Positions 17,269-27,080 of a stretch of 64,000 bases of DNA are shown in pieces (the first letter of the stretch is position 1; each line of letters starts with the position of its first letter). Source of the DNA: Propionibacteriales bacterium (lineage in GTDB: Bacteria > Actinomycetota > Actinomycetes > Propionibacteriales > Nocardioidaceae). The stretch covers positions 357-64,356 of the forward strand of contig JBBSHN010000004.1 of NCBI GenBank assembly GCA_038252945.1, read 5' to 3'. The position numbers were made by a program, and so were the translations under genes. The notes under the pieces are model-generated. The model saw only the letters and a list, made by a program, of their open reading frames with translations. It ran no database searches and was not told where the DNA came from.

Positions 17269-17597
17269 TCGCAGTAATCGGGCTCGTGATCGGCATTCTG
17301 GCCGGCCTGTTCCTGCAACTCACGGTGCCGACCGCCCTTCAGCCGTATCTGCCGATCGCGGTGGTAGCCGCGCTTGACGCCGTCTTCGGCGCGATGCGAG
17401 CCCATCTCGACGGCATCTTCGACGACCGCGTGTTCGTGATCTCCTTCTTCTCCAACGTCTTGATCGCCGCACTCATTGTGTATCTCGGCGACCAGCTCGG
17501 GGTGGGAGGGCAACTGTCCACGGGAGTGGTGGTCGTACTCGGCATCCGCATCTTTTCCAACGTCGCAGCCATTCGTCGGCATGTCTTCCGAGCCTGA
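17265..17597 (+). CDS. sbp: Small basic membrane protein (Sbp, DUF1290)
   Basis: ATG17265 overlaps the upstream stop (ATGA). The 110-aa protein is hydrophobic and ends 'AAIRRHVFRA'. It sits between two DUF881 genes, as Rv1824 does. Confidence 0.8.
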   Translation: MIAVIGLVIGILAGLFLQLTVPTALQPYLPIAVVAALDAVFGAMRAHLDGIFDDRVFVISFFSNVLIAALIVYLGDQLGVGGQLSTGVVVVLGIRIFSNVAAIRRHVFRA

Positions 17598-17600
17598 GCC

Positions 17601-18308
17601 TTGGTGACTCCACCACCTGGCCGAAGTGGCGGCGTTCGCCGACAGCTGGTCATCGGCGCCCTACTGGCACTTCTGGGATTCGCCGGCGCCACGCAGATTC
17701 GGTCCACTCACCGGACCGACAGCTTCGAGCACCAGCCGCGCGACAATCTCGTGCAGTTGCTCGACTCACTCTCTGCCGCCGCCGACCGGGTCCAGGTGCA
17801 GATCACTCAGCTGCAGCACACGCGCGATGACCTGTCGGGAACTGCCAAACGCCGACAGACGGCGCTCGCTGTGGCCCGCAAACGCCTGGAAGAACTCCGG
17901 CTCCTCGCTGGCACGGTGCCCGCGCAAGGCCCCGGAGTGACCATCACTATCACTGACTCCCGCGGAGGGGTCACCGCCGCCAGTATCCTCGACGGCATCG
18001 AGGAGCTCCGAGACGCAGGCGCAGAGGCGATCGAGATCAACAACCACGTCCGCGTTGTCGCGTCGACGTCGTTCACCGCACCAACTGGAGTCCTGATGGT
18101 TGACGGCATGCAGGTCCGCCCTCCGTACGTCATCGATGCGATCGGTTCATCGCACACACTCAGCGAGGCCGTCGCATTCCCGGGCGGCTTGAGGGACCAG
18201 GTCTCGGCTCTGGGCGGCACGGTGTCGGTGAAGGAGGCCGACGAGGTGCACATCGACTCATTGCATCGGGTCCAGCCGCCTGAGTACGCTCAGCCGACCG
18301 GCGGATGA
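17601..18308 (+). CDS. DUF881 domain-containing membrane protein (second copy)
   Basis: 'GPGVTITITD...AGAEAIEINNHVR...PPYVIDAIG' is paralogous to 16429..17268. Syntenic with Rv1825. Confidence 0.8.
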   Translation: MVTPPPGRSGGVRRQLVIGALLALLGFAGATQIRSTHRTDSFEHQPRDNLVQLLDSLSAAADRVQVQITQLQHTRDDLSGTAKRRQTALAVARKRLEELRLLAGTVPAQGPGVTITITDSRGGVTAASILDGIEELRDAGAEAIEINNHVRVVASTSFTAPTGVLMVDGMQVRPPYVIDAIGSSHTLSEAVAFPGGLRDQVSALGGTVSVKEADEVHIDSLHRVQPPEYAQPTGG

Positions 18309-18324
18309 GGGAAGGAGCTGCTGG

Positions 18325-18711
18325 GTGTATCCCGACGAACTGAAGTACACCGGGGACCACGAGTGGGTGAGCAGTCTCAGCGACAACGGGACTGTCCGAG
18401 TCGGCATCACAGAGTACGCCGCCGAGCAGCTGGGAGACATTGTGTACGTTGACCTGCCCGACGTCGGCACCAACTGCGAGGCGCACGACGCGGTGGGGGA
18501 GCTGGAGTCCACCAAGAGCGTCAACGACGTTTTCGCACCGGTGCGCGGCACGGTGGTCGCTCGCAACGAGGCGTTGGACTCCACGCCGGAGCTGTGCAGC
18601 AGCGACCCCTACGGCGACGGCTGGATTCTGGAGCTGTCTGTTGCCGACCCCGAATCGCTGGAGGGACTGCTGTCCGCCGACGAGTACGAGGCGACAGTAA
18701 CGTCGCAGTAA
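18325..18711 (+). CDS. gcvH: Glycine cleavage system H protein
   Basis: GGAAGGAG lies 7 nt before GTG18325. 'GELESTKSVNDVFAPV' carries the lipoyl-lysine motif. 128 aa. Confidence 0.92.
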   Translation: MYPDELKYTGDHEWVSSLSDNGTVRVGITEYAAEQLGDIVYVDLPDVGTNCEAHDAVGELESTKSVNDVFAPVRGTVVARNEALDSTPELCSSDPYGDGWILELSVADPESLEGLLSADEYEATVTSQ

Positions 18712-18763
18712 AGGTCGAGAGTTGGGCTGAGCAATTTGTCTATTGACATAAAGAAGGGAACTC

Positions 18764-19270
18764 ATGCCGTACTGCACCGAGTGTGGACACGAAAATCCGG
18801 CGGGCGCTCGCTTCTGCTCGCAGTGCGGCCACCGACTCACCGCTTCGGAGCGACCGAACGACTCGACGTCAACCATCCACTTCGGTGCGCCTGAACGCGT
18901 GGAAGCCGACGCGGAGAGCAGGCTGTCGGAGGTCGAGGAGGCCGCCGTCGACGCCCTCCCGCGAGCAAGCGCTTTGCTCATCGTGCAGCGAGGTCCGAGC
19001 GCCGGCAGCCGATTTCTTCTCGACACCGACGAGGTGACTGCGGGACGCCATCCGGACAGCGACATTTTTCTCGATGACGTGACGGTCAGTCGCCGGCATG
19101 CGGTGTTTCGGCGAACCGAGGACGGCTACCAAGTCGTCGACGTCGGAAGCCTCAACGGCACGTACGTCAACCGCGACCGGATCGACGCCGTCACGTTGTC
19201 TGGTGGCGACGAGGTGCAGATCGGCAAGTACCGGCTCGTGTACTTCGAGAGCGCTCAAGGCAGACGCTGA
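18764..19270 (+). CDS. garA: FHA-domain regulator GarA/OdhI homologue with an N-terminal zinc-ribbon
   Basis: The N-terminus 'CTECGHENPAGARFCSQCGH' is CxxC-x12-CxxC. A Thr-rich 'STSTIHF' segment follows. The FHA core is 'GRHPDSDIFLDDVTVSRRHAVF...VVDVGSLNGTYVN'. The gene follows gcvH as in Rv1826/Rv1827. Confidence 0.85.
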   Translation: MPYCTECGHENPAGARFCSQCGHRLTASERPNDSTSTIHFGAPERVEADAESRLSEVEEAAVDALPRASALLIVQRGPSAGSRFLLDTDEVTAGRHPDSDIFLDDVTVSRRHAVFRRTEDGYQVVDVGSLNGTYVNRDRIDAVTLSGGDEVQIGKYRLVYFESAQGRR

Positions 19271-20037
19271 TGGCAGCTGCCGCATCCGCGCCGCGCGGAC
19301 GCAGCGGAATGAGCATTGGGCAGGTTATTCACGAGTTGAAGCCGGACTTCCCTGAGGTCAGCATCTCCAAGCTGAGGTTCCTTGAGGCGGAAGGGCTCGT
19401 GCAGCCACAGCGCTCGCCTTCGGGCTACCGCAAGTTCTCAGCCGACGACGTCGAGCGGGTCCGGTACATCTTGGAGGCACAACGCGACCACTACTACCCG
19501 TTGCGGGTGATCAAGAAGCACCTCGACGCGCTGGCTCGCGGGCTGGAGCCTCCAGCGGTCGCGGGGCAGCTGCCGCGCGTTCCCTCTCCGTCAGCATTCC
19601 CTGCGGCCACGCTGGAGTCCGGCTTCTCAGCGGAGGAACGAGATCCGGAGCGGCGTCCAGCGATACGCCTGTCGGCTGAAGAGCTGCGTGCTAACTCCGG
19701 ACTGGACGAGCGGCAGCTCGATCAGCTGATCGAGTTCGGCTTGATCCGGTCGTACCCGGGTGGTGACTTCTTCGGCGAGGAGGCGCTCACCATCGCCTCG
19801 GCGGTGCTTCGGCTAGGGGAGTACGGGCTGGAGCCCCGGCACCTGCGCACAGTCAAGACTGCCGCCGACCGAGAAGTCAGCCTGATCGAGCACGTCGCCC
19901 GCCCGCTGCGCCGCCGACGGGCAGAAAACTCAGAAGACGTTCACGACACCGTTGTCACCGAGCTGACCGAACTGTGCCTGGTTCTGCACTCGTCGCTCAT
20001 GCAAGCCGCTCTCGCGAGAGGCGCCGCAACCGCGTGA
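19270..20037 (+). CDS. ftsR: MerR-family transcriptional regulator (FtsR / Rv1828-like)
   Basis: 'MSIGQVIHELKPDFPEVSISKLRFLEAEGLVQPQRSPSGYRKFSADDVERVRYILEAQRDHYYPLRVIK' is a MerR HTH. The start is either ATG19270 (overlapping the garA stop) or ATG19310. Confidence 0.85.
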   Translation: MAAAASAPRGRSGMSIGQVIHELKPDFPEVSISKLRFLEAEGLVQPQRSPSGYRKFSADDVERVRYILEAQRDHYYPLRVIKKHLDALARGLEPPAVAGQLPRVPSPSAFPAATLESGFSAEERDPERRPAIRLSAEELRANSGLDERQLDQLIEFGLIRSYPGGDFFGEEALTIASAVLRLGEYGLEPRHLRTVKTAADREVSLIEHVARPLRRRRAENSEDVHDTVVTELTELCLVLHSSLMQAALARGAATA

Positions 20038-20067
20038 AGCCGTCGTCGATGCGAGTAGGCTGATTGC

Positions 20068-20541
20068 GTGCGTGAGGTAGACGTTGTAGGCGTCCGCGTT
20101 GAAATGCCATCCAACACACCGATCGTTCTGCTTCGTGAGGCGTCCGGAGAGCGCTATCTGCCTATCTGGGTGGGCGCGGTCGAAGCAACCGCAATCGCTT
20201 TTGCGCAGCAAGGCGTCACCCCCCCGCGGCCTTTGACGCACGACCTTCTCAAGGATGTGTTGACCGCCACCGGAAACGAGCTCGTCGAGGTGCAGATCAC
20301 TGAGGTCCGTGACGGCGTCTTCTACGCCAATCTGGTGTTGGCGAGCGGAGTGGAAGTCAGCGCCCGGCCGTCTGACTCCATTGCTCTTGCGCTGCGGACG
20401 GGAAGCCGGATCGTGGCCAGCGACACGGTGCTGGACGAAGCAGGACTCGCCGTACCAGACGACCAAGAGGAAGAGGTCGAGAAGTTCCGAGAGTTCCTCG
20501 ATCAGATCAACCCTGAGGACTTCGACGCAGAACAGCACTAG
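20068..20541 (+). CDS. Bifunctional nuclease family protein (DUF151/BFN)
   Basis: 'PIVLLREASGERYLPIWVGAVEATAIA...THDLL...ARPSDSIALALR' is typical of the family. Syntenic with Rv1829. Confidence 0.8.
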   Translation: MREVDVVGVRVEMPSNTPIVLLREASGERYLPIWVGAVEATAIAFAQQGVTPPRPLTHDLLKDVLTATGNELVEVQITEVRDGVFYANLVLASGVEVSARPSDSIALALRTGSRIVASDTVLDEAGLAVPDDQEEEVEKFREFLDQINPEDFDAEQH

Positions 20542-20724
20542 CGCGCCCTGCTTGTCATGAGGCATGAACCTCGGCATGGCAAATGCGCCGTAAGCACCGC
20601 AGATCCGCCATGCAGACGTTGCATCCGCCACGCCCGCATGGCAAACCGCTAAGCAAAGCAAGCGCGTAGTCTGAAGCTTTACTTGAAGGTTAGAGACTCG
20701 AGGCGCTAGCGCACTTCGATGTCG

Positions 20725-20753
20725 TTGACGGCATGGGCTTAGCGCCGTAGCGT
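20725..20753 (+). promoter_or_regulatory. Candidate sigma-A-type promoter TTGACG-N17-TAGCGT for the downstream MerR gene
   Basis: TTGACG is at 20725-20730, a 17-nt spacer follows, and TAGCGT (TAnnnT) is at 20748-20753. It lies 30-90 nt upstream of the candidate start codons. Confidence 0.3.
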
Positions 20754-20840
20754 CACTGAGGACCGCGTTGTAACTTCACGGATGTGGTTGTGCCACCAGC
20801 GCATAGCGCCTGGCAAAACCACGGGATGTACGGAGATGTC

Positions 20841-21446
20841 ATGGCTGCAGACAGCCGCATTCCGGTTTCGGGCATGACGACCGAGCCGACTGACGACAAG
20901 ACATCGGAGGCCAGCGCCCAAGGACTGCTGTTCGACGACGACGTTGCCCCGATGCCCGACGACGTCGGCTATCGGGGACCTACAGCCTGCAACGCGGCTG
21001 GCATTACCTACCGGCAGCTGGATTACTGGGCTCGCACCGGACTGGTTGAGCCGAGTGTCCGCACAGCCGAAGGCTCTGGCACTCAGCGGTTGTACTCGTT
21101 CCGCGACGTGCTGATGCTCAAGGTCATCAAGCGCCTGCTGGATGCCGGCGTATCCCTCCAGCAGATCCGTGCGGCGGTTCATCACCTCCGTGAGCGCGGC
21201 ACGGACGACCTGACCCGGGTGACGCTGATGAGCGACGGCGCGAGTGTGTACGAGTGTCGATCCCCGGACGAAGTGATCGACTTGCTGCAAGGCGGTCAAG
21301 GCGTTTTCGGCATCGCGATCGGGGGAGTGTGGCGCGAGATTGAAGGCACCCTGGCCGAGCTCCCAAGTGAGCGAGCAGCTCGTGAGGACGCGAGCGACGT
21401 ACACGACGAGTTGGCGGCTCGTCGCCGCGCCCGTCGGACGGGATAG
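20841..21446 (+). CDS. MerR-family transcriptional regulator (Rv1830-like)
   Basis: 'ACNAAGITYRQLDYWARTGLVEPSVRTAEGSGTQRLYSFRDVLMLKVIKRLLDAGVSLQQIR' is a MerR HTH. The start is uncertain: the track gives GTG20784, and ATG20841 follows ACGGAGA. Confidence 0.8.
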   Translation: MAADSRIPVSGMTTEPTDDKTSEASAQGLLFDDDVAPMPDDVGYRGPTACNAAGITYRQLDYWARTGLVEPSVRTAEGSGTQRLYSFRDVLMLKVIKRLLDAGVSLQQIRAAVHHLRERGTDDLTRVTLMSDGASVYECRSPDEVIDLLQGGQGVFGIAIGGVWREIEGTLAELPSERAAREDASDVHDELAARRRARRTG

Positions 21447-21488
21447 GGCGCCCAAACGCGCCGTTGAGGCTTCGCTTCGCTGCTAGGG

Positions 21489-24374
21489 TTGCGGGTGTCT
21501 CACCAATCCTTAAGTTCTCTTGAAGCTGCTGACCGCTTCGCCTGCCGCCACATCGGTCCTGATTCCGACGAACAGCAGCGAATGCTGGAGGCGCTCGGCT
21601 ACGAATCGGCCACTGCGCTCGCGGAAGCGGCGATCCCTTCCTCCATCCGCGCGCAGAAAGGGCTGGAGCTCCCACCGGCCCGGACCGAAGCCGCGGTAGC
21701 TCGCAAGCTGCGCGAGCTCTCCGAGCGTAACTCCCCGCAGGTGCCAATGATCGGCCTCGGTTACCACGGCACCTTGACCCCGGCGGTCATCCGCCGCAAC
21801 GTGCTGGAGAACCCTGCCTGGTACACCGCCTACACGCCGTACCAACCAGAGATCTCCCAGGGCAGACTCGAGGCACTGCTCAACTTCCAGACCATGGTGG
21901 GCGACCTCACTGGCCTGCCCACGGCCAATGCGTCGTTGCTTGATGAGGCGACGGCCGCAGCTGAGGCGATGACGCTGGTACGTCGAGGGAACCGCTCGAA
22001 TTCCTCCGACCGGTTCATCGTCGATCGAGACTGTTTGCCGCAGACGATCGCGGTGATACAGACCCGTGCGCGTGCGCTAGGCATCTGTGTCGAGGTGCTC
22101 GATGTGTACACCGACCTGCCTGCTGACAACTTCGCCGGAGTGCTGGTCGCTTATCCCGGGGCGACTGGTCGACTTGTCAACCCTCGGCCGGTTATCGATG
22201 CTGCGCACGAGGCAGGCGCTCTAGCCGTAGTGGCGGCCGACCTGCTGGCGCTCACGCTGATCGAGGCGCCGGGTGCTCTGGGAGCCGACGTGGTCGTTGG
22301 CAGCACGCAGCGGTTCGGTGTTCCGCTGTTCTACGGCGGCCCACACGCCGGCTATATGGCGGTGCGGTCCGGTCTGGAACGGCAGCTTCCCGGCCGGTTG
22401 GTGGGCGTCTCAGTCGATGCGCAGGGGTTGCCGGCATACCGGCTTGCATTGCAGACCCGGGAACAGCACATCCGCCGGGACAAGGCCACGTCGAACATCT
22501 GCACCGCCCAGGTGCTGCTCGCCGTCGCCGCCTCGATGTACGCGGTCTATCACGGCCCCGACGGGTTGAGCGCGATTGCGTCGCGGGTAGCGCGTTACGC
22601 CACTGTGCTTGCCGACTCACTGCGAGACGGTGGAGTCTCGGTGGAGCACGAGACCTTCTTCGACACCTTGTCGATTTACGTGCCAGGGCAAGGGCAGCGA
22701 CTGCGGCTCCGTGCTCGCGAGCGCGGCCTGCACATTCTCGCCGACGGCGAGGACCGGATCGGTATCGCGTTGTCTGAGTTGACTACTCGCGACCATCTGG
22801 AGGCAGTGCTGGAGAGCTTTGAACTGCCGGTCCCGGACTTCGACTCGCTCGATTCGCGCAGCGAGAACGCTGTTCCTGACGATCTGCGTCGAACCACACC
22901 GTTCCTCACGCATCCGGTGTTCACCGGGCACTCCTCCGAGACTGAGATGCTGCGTTACATCAGCAGGCTGTCGCGCCGCGACTACGGCCTGGACCGCGGC
23001 ATGATTCCGCTCGGGTCGTGCACCATGAAGCTCAACGCCACAACCGAGATGGAGCCGATCAGTCTTCCGGGCTTCGCTGACCTTCACCCCTTCGCGCCGG
23101 CAGAAGACGCCGCCGGATACCTCGAGCTCATCGACTCCCTGGAGGCGCAGCTCGCGGCGATCACCGGCTACGCGAAGGTGTCCGTGCAACCGAACGCCGG
23201 TTCACAGGGAGAGCTGGCTGGGTTGCTGGCCATCCGGGCCTATCACCATGCGCAGGGTGATGAGCAACGCAATGTGTGCCTGATCCCGTCGAGCGCACAC
23301 GGCACGAACGCCGCGTCCGCCGTCCTCGCCGGCATGCGCGTCGTGGTCGTGGCCGCCGACGCGGACGGCTCGGTGGACCTCGACGACTTGCGAGCTCAGT
23401 GCGAGGCTCACCGCGACGACTTGGCCGCAATTATGGTGACCTACCCGTCGACTCACGGTGCCTTCGAGGCCACGATCGAGGAGCTGGGTGCTCTCGTGCA
23501 TCAATTCGGAGGGCAGGTATACGTCGACGGCGCGAACTTGAACGCACTTCTCGGCCTGGCGAAGCCGGGGGAGTTCGGCGGCGACGTGTCCCACCTCAAT
23601 CTGCACAAGACCTTCTGCATTCCGCACGGTGGAGGAGGGCCTGGAGTCGGTCCGGTCGCTGTGGCCGCGCATCTTGCGGCGTATCTGCCGAGTCATCCGA
23701 TGCATCCGGACCCGGCTCACCGCGACGGCATCGGCCCGGTCAGTGCCGCACCGTTCGGTTCTGCTGGAATTCTGCCGATCTCGTGGGCTTATCTCGCACT
23801 GATGGGGCCGGACGGTCTCACGCAGGCCACCGAGGTCGCCGTACTCTCCGCCAACTACATCGTCCGACGGCTGCAGGACCACTATCCGGTGCTGTATCAC
23901 GGTCCGGGCGGCCTGGTGGCTCACGAGTGCATCCTCGACCTTCGGGCGTTGATCAAGTCCACAGGCATCACCGTCGACGACGTCGCCAAGCGGCTGATCG
24001 ACTACGGCTTCCATGCTCCGACGATGAGCTTTCCGGTCGCGGGGACTTTGATGGTCGAACCCACCGAATCCGAGCCACTGGACGAGCTGGACCGGTTCTG
24101 CGAGGCGATGATCGCCATCCGGCACGAAATCGCGGCGCTGGAGAACGGCGAGATGAGCGTGGCGGACAGTCCGCTTCGCCACGCGCCGCACACGGCTGCG
24201 CAGCTCGTGGGCGAGTGGGAGCGTGCCTATACCCGCCAAACCGGCGCCTATCCCGGCGAGGTCAGTGCCGACAAGTACTGGCCACCGGTATCACGGATAG
24301 ACCAGGCCTACGGTGACCGCCATCTCGTCTGCTCGTGCCCGGACGTGTCGGCTTTCGCCTCGCCCGACGCTTGA
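21489..24374 (+). CDS. gcvP: Glycine dehydrogenase (decarboxylating), glycine cleavage P protein
   Basis: '[30 protein letters not shown]' is present, and '[19 protein letters not shown]' carries the PLP lysine. 961 aa. Confidence 0.95.
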   Translation: MRVSHQSLSSLEAADRFACRHIGPDSDEQQRMLEALGYESATALAEAAIPSSIRAQKGLELPPARTEAAVARKLRELSERNSPQVPMIGLGYHGTLTPAVIRRNVLENPAWYTAYTPYQPEISQGRLEALLNFQTMVGDLTGLPTANASLLDEATAAAEAMTLVRRGNRSNSSDRFIVDRDCLPQTIAVIQTRARALGICVEVLDVYTDLPADNFAGVLVAYPGATGRLVNPRPVIDAAHEAGALAVVAADLLALTLIEAPGALGADVVVGSTQRFGVPLFYGGPHAGYMAVRSGLERQLPGRLVGVSVDAQGLPAYRLALQTREQHIRRDKATSNICTAQVLLAVAASMYAVYHGPDGLSAIASRVARYATVLADSLRDGGVSVEHETFFDTLSIYVPGQGQRLRLRARERGLHILADGEDRIGIALSELTTRDHLEAVLESFELPVPDFDSLDSRSENAVPDDLRRTTPFLTHPVFTGHSSETEMLRYISRLSRRDYGLDRGMIPLGSCTMKLNATTEMEPISLPGFADLHPFAPAEDAAGYLELIDSLEAQLAAITGYAKVSVQPNAGSQGELAGLLAIRAYHHAQGDEQRNVCLIPSSAHGTNAASAVLAGMRVVVVAADADGSVDLDDLRAQCEAHRDDLAAIMVTYPSTHGAFEATIEELGALVHQFGGQVYVDGANLNALLGLAKPGEFGGDVSHLNLHKTFCIPHGGGGPGVGPVAVAAHLAAYLPSHPMHPDPAHRDGIGPVSAAPFGSAGILPISWAYLALMGPDGLTQATEVAVLSANYIVRRLQDHYPVLYHGPGGLVAHECILDLRALIKSTGITVDDVAKRLIDYGFHAPTMSFPVAGTLMVEPTESEPLDELDRFCEAMIAIRHEIAALENGEMSVADSPLRHAPHTAAQLVGEWERAYTRQTGAYPGEVSADKYWPPVSRIDQAYGDRHLVCSCPDVSAFASPDA

Positions 24375-24375
24375 C

Positions 24376-25713
24376 GTGGCGGTGCCCGACGATTGGCGGG
24401 CGACCTGCCAGCAGCTTCTTGACGACGCGCATGCCCGCAGCCCGGTTCCGGGCATCCTCGCGGCGACGTTCACGTCCGACGGCATTCTGTGGGAGGGTCA
24501 CGTCGGAGCAGTGACCCGGCAGTACCGCATCGGGTCGATCACCAAGACGTTCACCGCGGTGGCCGTTCTTCAGCTTCGCGAAGCCCGCGAGCTCGACCTC
24601 GACGATCCGCTCGCGCGCCACGTGCCGGATGCGCCGTACGGCGAAGCGACGTTGCGCGACCTGCTCTCACACAGCTCTGGACTGACGGCGGAGCCGATCG
24701 GGCCATGGTGGGAACGCACACCCGGCGTCCCCTGGGACATGCTGGCCGAGCTGAACGGGCACCCGCACCATGCTCTTCCTCCGCGGCTCGCCTACCACTA
24801 CTCCAATCTGGGTTATGCGCTGCTCGGAGAAGTGGTGGCGAGGCAACGGGGAACGACTTGGTACGACGCTGTGCGCGACAAGATTCTGGGGCCGCTGGGG
24901 TTGGCCGACACTACCTACCATCCGGCGGTGGGTGCGGCTCTGGGGACGTCGCGACACCCGCGCTCAGGAGCGCTGGTCGAGGAGCCTGCCTTCGACAGCG
25001 TAGCGATGGCAGCCGCCGGTCAGCTGTGGAGCACGCTGGCTGACCTGGCACGGTGGGGCACATTTTTGGTGGAGGGGCGCGACGACGTGCTGCCGGGCGC
25101 GGTGCTCAAAGAGATGCGCACGGCTGCCTCCGCCGACCCCGACACCCAGCACGAAGGCGCGTACGGCTTCGGGCTGCGCTTACTGTGGCGCGCCGGCAGC
25201 ACGCTCGTGGGCCACACCGGATCGATGCCGGGCTTCCTGGCCGCCCTGTTCACCGATGCGGCGTCCGGCGTCGGAACGGCGGTGTTGACGAACGCGACGA
25301 CCGGAGTTGCTCCGGAGGAACTCGCCTCAGCTCTCGTCGTGCGAGCAGCGACGGCGGCCCGATCGGAGTCGACTCCCGAGGTGACGCCGTCAGCTGAACC
25401 CGTCGGTGGTCCGGCGACCGGTCTGTCGGGGGAGTGGTACTGGGGCAACACCGAAATGACGCTGCGGCCTACCTCCGCTGGGTTTTTTCTGCACACGCCA
25501 AACGGGGTTCGCACCTTCGCCGCGGTCACGGCCGAGGAGTTCGTCGGACTCGACGGGTATTTCGCGGGGGAGCGGCTGCAGGTGGTGCGACGCTCGGACG
25601 GCTCGGTGTCACATCTGGAGGTGGTGACCTTCGTCCTCACCCGCGAGCCCTACGACCCGACCGCACCCATTCCCGGCGGAGTGCCGCAGCCGCTGGTCAG
25701 CTCGCCTGACTGA
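24376..25713 (+). CDS. Serine hydrolase (class C beta-lactamase / PBP-like family)
   Basis: Contains SxxK 'SITK' and YxN 'YSN'. The start is moved to GTG24376, just after the gcvP stop; the track ORF begins at 24313 inside gcvP. Confidence 0.8.
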   Translation: MAVPDDWRATCQQLLDDAHARSPVPGILAATFTSDGILWEGHVGAVTRQYRIGSITKTFTAVAVLQLREARELDLDDPLARHVPDAPYGEATLRDLLSHSSGLTAEPIGPWWERTPGVPWDMLAELNGHPHHALPPRLAYHYSNLGYALLGEVVARQRGTTWYDAVRDKILGPLGLADTTYHPAVGAALGTSRHPRSGALVEEPAFDSVAMAAAGQLWSTLADLARWGTFLVEGRDDVLPGAVLKEMRTAASADPDTQHEGAYGFGLRLLWRAGSTLVGHTGSMPGFLAALFTDAASGVGTAVLTNATTGVAPEELASALVVRAATAARSESTPEVTPSAEPVGGPATGLSGEWYWGNTEMTLRPTSAGFFLHTPNGVRTFAAVTAEEFVGLDGYFAGERLQVVRRSDGSVSHLEVVTFVLTREPYDPTAPIPGGVPQPLVSSPD

Positions 25714-27079
25714 CGCTCGACATGTTGAAGTCTGGCACCCTCAGCGCCGGAGTCTGCGTCCGCGGGAAGTAGTCACCCCATTCCCGCGAGAACGACCGAA
25801 CGCTCTCCCCGGCAGCTGTGAACCTGTTCAACAGATCGATGGGGCTCTCGTTGAAGCGGAAGTTGTTCACTGCTCCGACCACCTCGCCGTTCTCGACCAG
25901 ATAGACGCCGTCGCGGGTGAGCCCCGTGAGCAGCAGTGTCTGGGGGTCGACTTCGCGGATGTACCAGAGGCAGGTGAGAAGCAAAGATCGGTCAGCGGAC
26001 CCGACAAGCTGGTCGATACCGCCGCTGCCGCCGTCGACGGACACCAGCAGATTGTCGACGTAGGGCGTAAACGGCAGACCTGTCAGCGTCGCGGTGTGGC
26101 GCGAGCTACCGAGGGCTCGCAGCGTGCCAGCGGAGATCCACTCGGTGGCGCCCACGGACAGGCCATTGTCGAAGACGCTCTGCGCCGACGATGACGCTCG
26201 CGCTGACACGAAGGGAGCGGTAGCTAGGCCCGCGGCCCCAGGATCTGACCGCACATGCACCGACTCCTTCGCGATCCGCTGACCCACGCGGGTGCCGCCG
26301 TTCGGATCGCTGTAGACGGTATGACCCTCGTGCGCGTCGCGTGCGCTGGACACCCAGTACGCGTAGATCGCGAGGTCGGCCACGGCCGTCGGCGGAAGCA
26401 GGGTGTCGTAACGACCGGCCGGCAGGTCGATGCGGCGCGCAGCCCAGCCGAGCCGGCGTTCGAGCTCGGCGTCGAGATCGGGCACGCTCATCTCGGCGAT
26501 GCTCTCTGCTGCCTGGCCAACCCAGGCCGAAGCGGACCGGTCGGCCGTTTTGCCGGTGATGCCGACGTGGCTGGTCGGTTGCTCAAAGCGCAGCCGTAGC
26601 CCGCGTGAGGTGCCGACGTACGTCGTCGTGACGTCCTGCTCGACGTACCCGTACAGCAGGTGGTCCTGTGCAGTTGCCTGCTCCAGAGACTGACCCAGGT
26701 CACTGGCGAAGTCGGCGAGCACGGCCGTCAATGTCTGACCGGCAGGGGAGGACCAGTCAGCTGTCTCCTCACCACCGGCGACCTCGGCCGCGTCTTCAGC
26801 CGGCCCAGAGGACCGTGCAGCCGCGTCCGCTTCAGCGACCAGCGCCTTGACCTGCGACGTCGAGGGTGCGGTCCGAGTGAGTACTCCAGCCGCCGCGCCT
26901 TCTCCTCCGTCGGCGACCGAGACCACCGTGATGGAGTTTCCCGCCATGACGCCGTTGGTCGTGAGCGTGTTGTTGGCCCACCGCAAGTTCGCGGTGGAGG
27001 AGACGCCGAGAACGACGACGCAGTCATCAGCCGTGGAGCTGTCGAGGGCGGTCTCGACCAGTTCTTGAGGAGTCACCAT
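25697..27079 (-). CDS. pmbA: TldD/PmbA-family metalloprotease component (PmbA/TldE-like)
   Basis: 460 aa. The N-terminal 'TANLRWANNTLTTNG' and the C-terminal 'TRDGVYLVENGEVVGAV.NFRFN' are typical. It lies immediately downstream of tldD with a 1-nt gap. Confidence 0.8.
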   Translation of the reverse strand: MVTPQELVETALDSSTADDCVVVLGVSSTANLRWANNTLTTNGVMAGNSITVVSVADGGEGAAAGVLTRTAPSTSQVKALVAEADAAARSSGPAEDAAEVAGGEETADWSSPAGQTLTAVLADFASDLGQSLEQATAQDHLLYGYVEQDVTTTYVGTSRGLRLRFEQPTSHVGITGKTADRSASAWVGQAAESIAEMSVPDLDAELERRLGWAARRIDLPAGRYDTLLPPTAVADLAIYAYWVSSARDAHEGHTVYSDPNGGTRVGQRIAKESVHVRSDPGAAGLATAPFVSARASSSAQSVFDNGLSVGATEWISAGTLRALGSSRHTATLTGLPFTPYVDNLLVSVDGGSGGIDQLVGSADRSLLLTCLWYIREVDPQTLLLTGLTRDGVYLVENGEVVGAVNNFRFNESPIDLLNRFTAAGESVRSFSREWGDYFPRTQTPALRVPDFNMSSVSQAS

Positions 27080-27080
27080 G

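Noticed and set aside
21447-21488. An expected glycine riboswitch upstream of gcvP, or upstream of gcvH at 18309-18324.
   Set aside because: The spacers are only 42 nt and 16 nt, too short for even a single glycine aptamer, and no GGAGAG...CACCG-type core is seen.
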